Assembly (NCBI RefSeq): GCF_030028105.1
Contig: NC_092371.1
Coordinates: 96,499,064-96,563,063 of the forward strand
DNA: 64,000 bases
Direction: 5' to 3'
Origin: Mobula birostris
Taxonomy: Eukaryota
Part shown: positions 61,352 to 64,000 of the stretch, piece after piece
Numbering within the stretch: position 1 is the stretch's first letter
Layout: each line of letters starts with the position of its first letter
The notes under the pieces: generated by a model
Told to the model about the DNA's origin: nothing
What the model saw: only the letters and a program-made list of their open reading frames with translations
Database searches by the model: none
Position numbers and translations under genes: made by a program

Positions 61352-63308
61352 AGTAGAGGGTTACAGGTAATGCTGAATTGTTGCCTGTAGTACAGTGATT
61401 CTCCCTTAATACTGACAGTGCTGAATATGGAACTCTAAGATTCCAACCTGGGGTCAATGAGTATATAACCTAACCATCTGAGTGAGAAAGTAACCAGGTT
61501 GAACTGAATATGCTCCTTACTGTATTGGGTAATATGTCAGGGCTTTAACTGAGGAGACTTTTGTATATAGTTGCTCTTGCCTGCAGTTGACTCCAGAAGG
61601 CAACATTTAATGAAAATTGGAATTGGAATGCTTAAAAATCTGGAATAAAAACCATTTGGGAATGTAGCAGTTTGGGCAGCATTTGTGGAAAGAGAAACAA
61701 AAGTTAACACTTCAGGTCAAAAACGTCCTGTCATTCCAAATTCAGAGGGTCTTGGACCTCCCATATGCTTCCAGCAGATTCTATTTTATTTCTGAAACTA
61801 TTTGGGCAGCTTGACTTTTTCGAAGAAACATTTAAGTAATGTGATGGAAAATTTTAATCTGTTCTACTGGGGGAAAAAATCAGAATGTATGTCTAATTGT
61901 TGATGGTCAAAGCCTCATTTTGTGAACCAAATTACTTTTAATCAGGTTTGGTACATTTATTGATGATCTAGGACTAAAAGCTTTCAGTTAAGTAAGCATT
62001 AATTATCAACTACTTATGAACTGCATGGGGTTCCTGTTGAATGCACAAGAGAGGGATAGCTGGTAGCACATGTGAATTGGATTTTGGCCTTTGGTTTGAG
62101 GGAACTGGGTCACTTTCAACCTGGATGAAAGTGCTTGAAGGTTCTGCATGAATCCACACGGTTTTCCTACTGTTTGTGATGGACAGGGACTGTTGCTGCT
62201 AGTTTGTCATTAAACTGCATTCTCATTGTCAGCATAACTATTGCGAGAGATTTTTTAAAAAAATGCCTTCAGCATCAACAATACAATTTCTTAAAACGTG
62301 GTCTTTTATCCTGTAGCCAGTCAGCCTTCATTTTGAAGAGATAAAAAAAAATTCCTTATAAAATCCACAAGGTGGAGCAGGAACATCAAAGCATGAAAGG
62401 AACTGTAGGGAAAAAAACATCGAGGCTGTTCAGACATTTATTGAAATTCTGGTTTGTTTGTATTCTAATTTCAATGGAACATTTTGGCTTCCAATCCCTT
62501 AATGATTTCAGTAGTAAAAATGTATCAATTTCTGAGCTTGTTGTGTGAGCTCCCTTTGAGTAAAGGTATATTTGCTAAATTCACACTGGAGTATTGCAGA
62601 CTTTGAGCTTACGTCCTCCTCTCAAAGACACTCCTGCCAGTGGGGCATCTGTCTATATGCACCCTGTCCATTCTCTTTGAACCCAAAAATAGCTTGATCA
62701 AACCTGCATTCCATCAAATGCAAACGCAGTCTTGTAGAACTTTGACTGTGATTTTTTTTTTTTGCAGCTGGACTAATACAAAGAGACAATGTAGTTTTCT
62801 GTACGAAATCTGGTCTCCAAATTATAAAATACTTATTAGCTATTAGACCTTGTGTCATGGCTTTGAGCCTCAGTCAGTTATGTGCATTGATTTAGGAGTA
62901 CTTTTGCTAAGAGTCATTGTGAGCTGCTGTGGTACATGTTCAGCAGTGCAATGCAATTAGTGGGAAACAAATTCCAAGCTGCAATGAAGACATCCAAACT
63001 ACAAGTCATTGGTACTGAATCTGGGTGCCATTCAAATAAATCTGGATCATATATGAGAACAGCACAGCACAACTCTTTCCCTCTGCCATCTGATTCCTCG
63101 ATAGGCATTGAACCATGAACACTACCTCACTTCCATTATGTCTGTTTTTGCACTATTTTTTCCTTTCTATATTATCACATAGTGCAGTGTACTGCTGCTG
63201 CTAAGTTAACAAGTTTCACAACACATGCTGGTGATATTAAACCTGATTCTGATTAATTTAATAAGCTGTACGATTCTGAGGTTTGCTGAAACTTGTTTTG
63301 TTTTTCAG

Positions 63309-63368
63309 AGGGTGTTATTACTTGTTGCCTTGGATGTCGATGCACTTTGTGCCTGCAAAATCCTTCAG
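63309..63368 (+). CDS. CDC45: CDC45 exon 2 (gene continues beyond window)
   Basis: TTTTCAG|RVLLLVALDVDALCACKILQ|GTGAGT, the DHH motif I (DVDA). Confidence 0.96.
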
Positions 63369-63844
63369 GTGAGTGGTATGGAATGTCATATTCATTGATT
63401 CCTGGTGGAAACTAGAGACATTCACTCAACCAGATGCCAAGCTAGAGGGATTTGTTTTGCCATTCTGAGAGGAGAAATCAAAGATTTGGTCTGTTGGCTT
63501 GTCCTGATCTGCTGCAAATTTTGTGTCATGTCCAGGACCAATTCTTTCCAGCTACTCTGTGGGTGCCATTTGCTTTACATTGAGTCTCTGACTTCAAATT
63601 CAGATTTTAATTTGTTTATCATTGAACCATGCAGTTGAAATGTGTCAATTTTATTAATAGCCAACACACCCAAGGATGTGCTGGGGGGAGCCCTCAAATT
63701 TTGCCACACAACCTCACGTGCCCACCATTCTTGTCAGACCAACACAGAACACAACAAAACAGAGCATAGGAAAGAAGAAAGCAACAACAGCAAAACAAAT
63801 CTCGTTTCTCTCTCCTACCCATTCGCACATATACACAATAAGTC

Positions 63845-64000
63845 ATGTTCAACCTGAGGCGACTACAGTCCCACACCAAGACATTGGAGCAACTCATCCG
63901 AGAGCTACTTTTCGCCGATGATGATGCTGCCCTTGTTGCCCATACAGAGACAGCCCTGCAGCGTATAACATCCTGCTTCGCAGAGGCTGCCGAGCTCTTC
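63845..64000 (+). mobile_element. RTE-clade LINE RT fragment (runs off window)
   Basis: FNLRRLQSHTKTLEQLIRELLFADDDAALVAHTETALQRITSCFAEAAELF. Confidence 0.85.

Noticed and set aside
1-64000. Prokaryotic operon, CRISPR array or defence system
   Set aside because: The DNA is eukaryotic with spliced genes; no regularly spaced repeat-spacer array or long uninterrupted ORFs are present.

Overview
Repeat-rich vertebrate genomic DNA, most likely from a cartilaginous fish such as a ray; this is inferred from the mix of CR1, Rex1/Babar, Penelope and V-SINE/HE1-like repeats. It is not prokaryotic, and most short ORFs in the track are noise or transposon debris. Three spliced genes can be rebuilt from the sequence. 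(1) A complete 12-exon UFD1 on the minus strand (ATG 35468-35470, stop 18417; 924 nt, 307 aa), with an ATG-only first coding exon and a U12-type intron. (2) The first two exons of CDC45 on the plus strand (49160-49210, 63309-63368), head-to-head with UFD1 but about 13.7 kb away, each gene with its own CCAAT-rich promoter. (3) A strongly diverged FKBP8/FKBP38-like immunophilin (FKBP plus TPR domains) on the minus strand downstream of UFD1, with five coding exons at 12961 to 3172 that run off the window start. The rest is transposable elements: a DD34E Tc1 with long TIRs, hAT derivatives, two solo-LTR-like elements with TSDs, CR1/Rex1/RTE/HERO-like LINE fragments, tRNA-SINEs, and many Penelope-like pieces carrying minimal hammerhead ribozyme motifs. 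Highlights are an intact hammerhead in a TSD-flanked Penelope insertion just upstream of the CDC45 promoter, and a five-layer nested TE stack in CDC45 intron 1.
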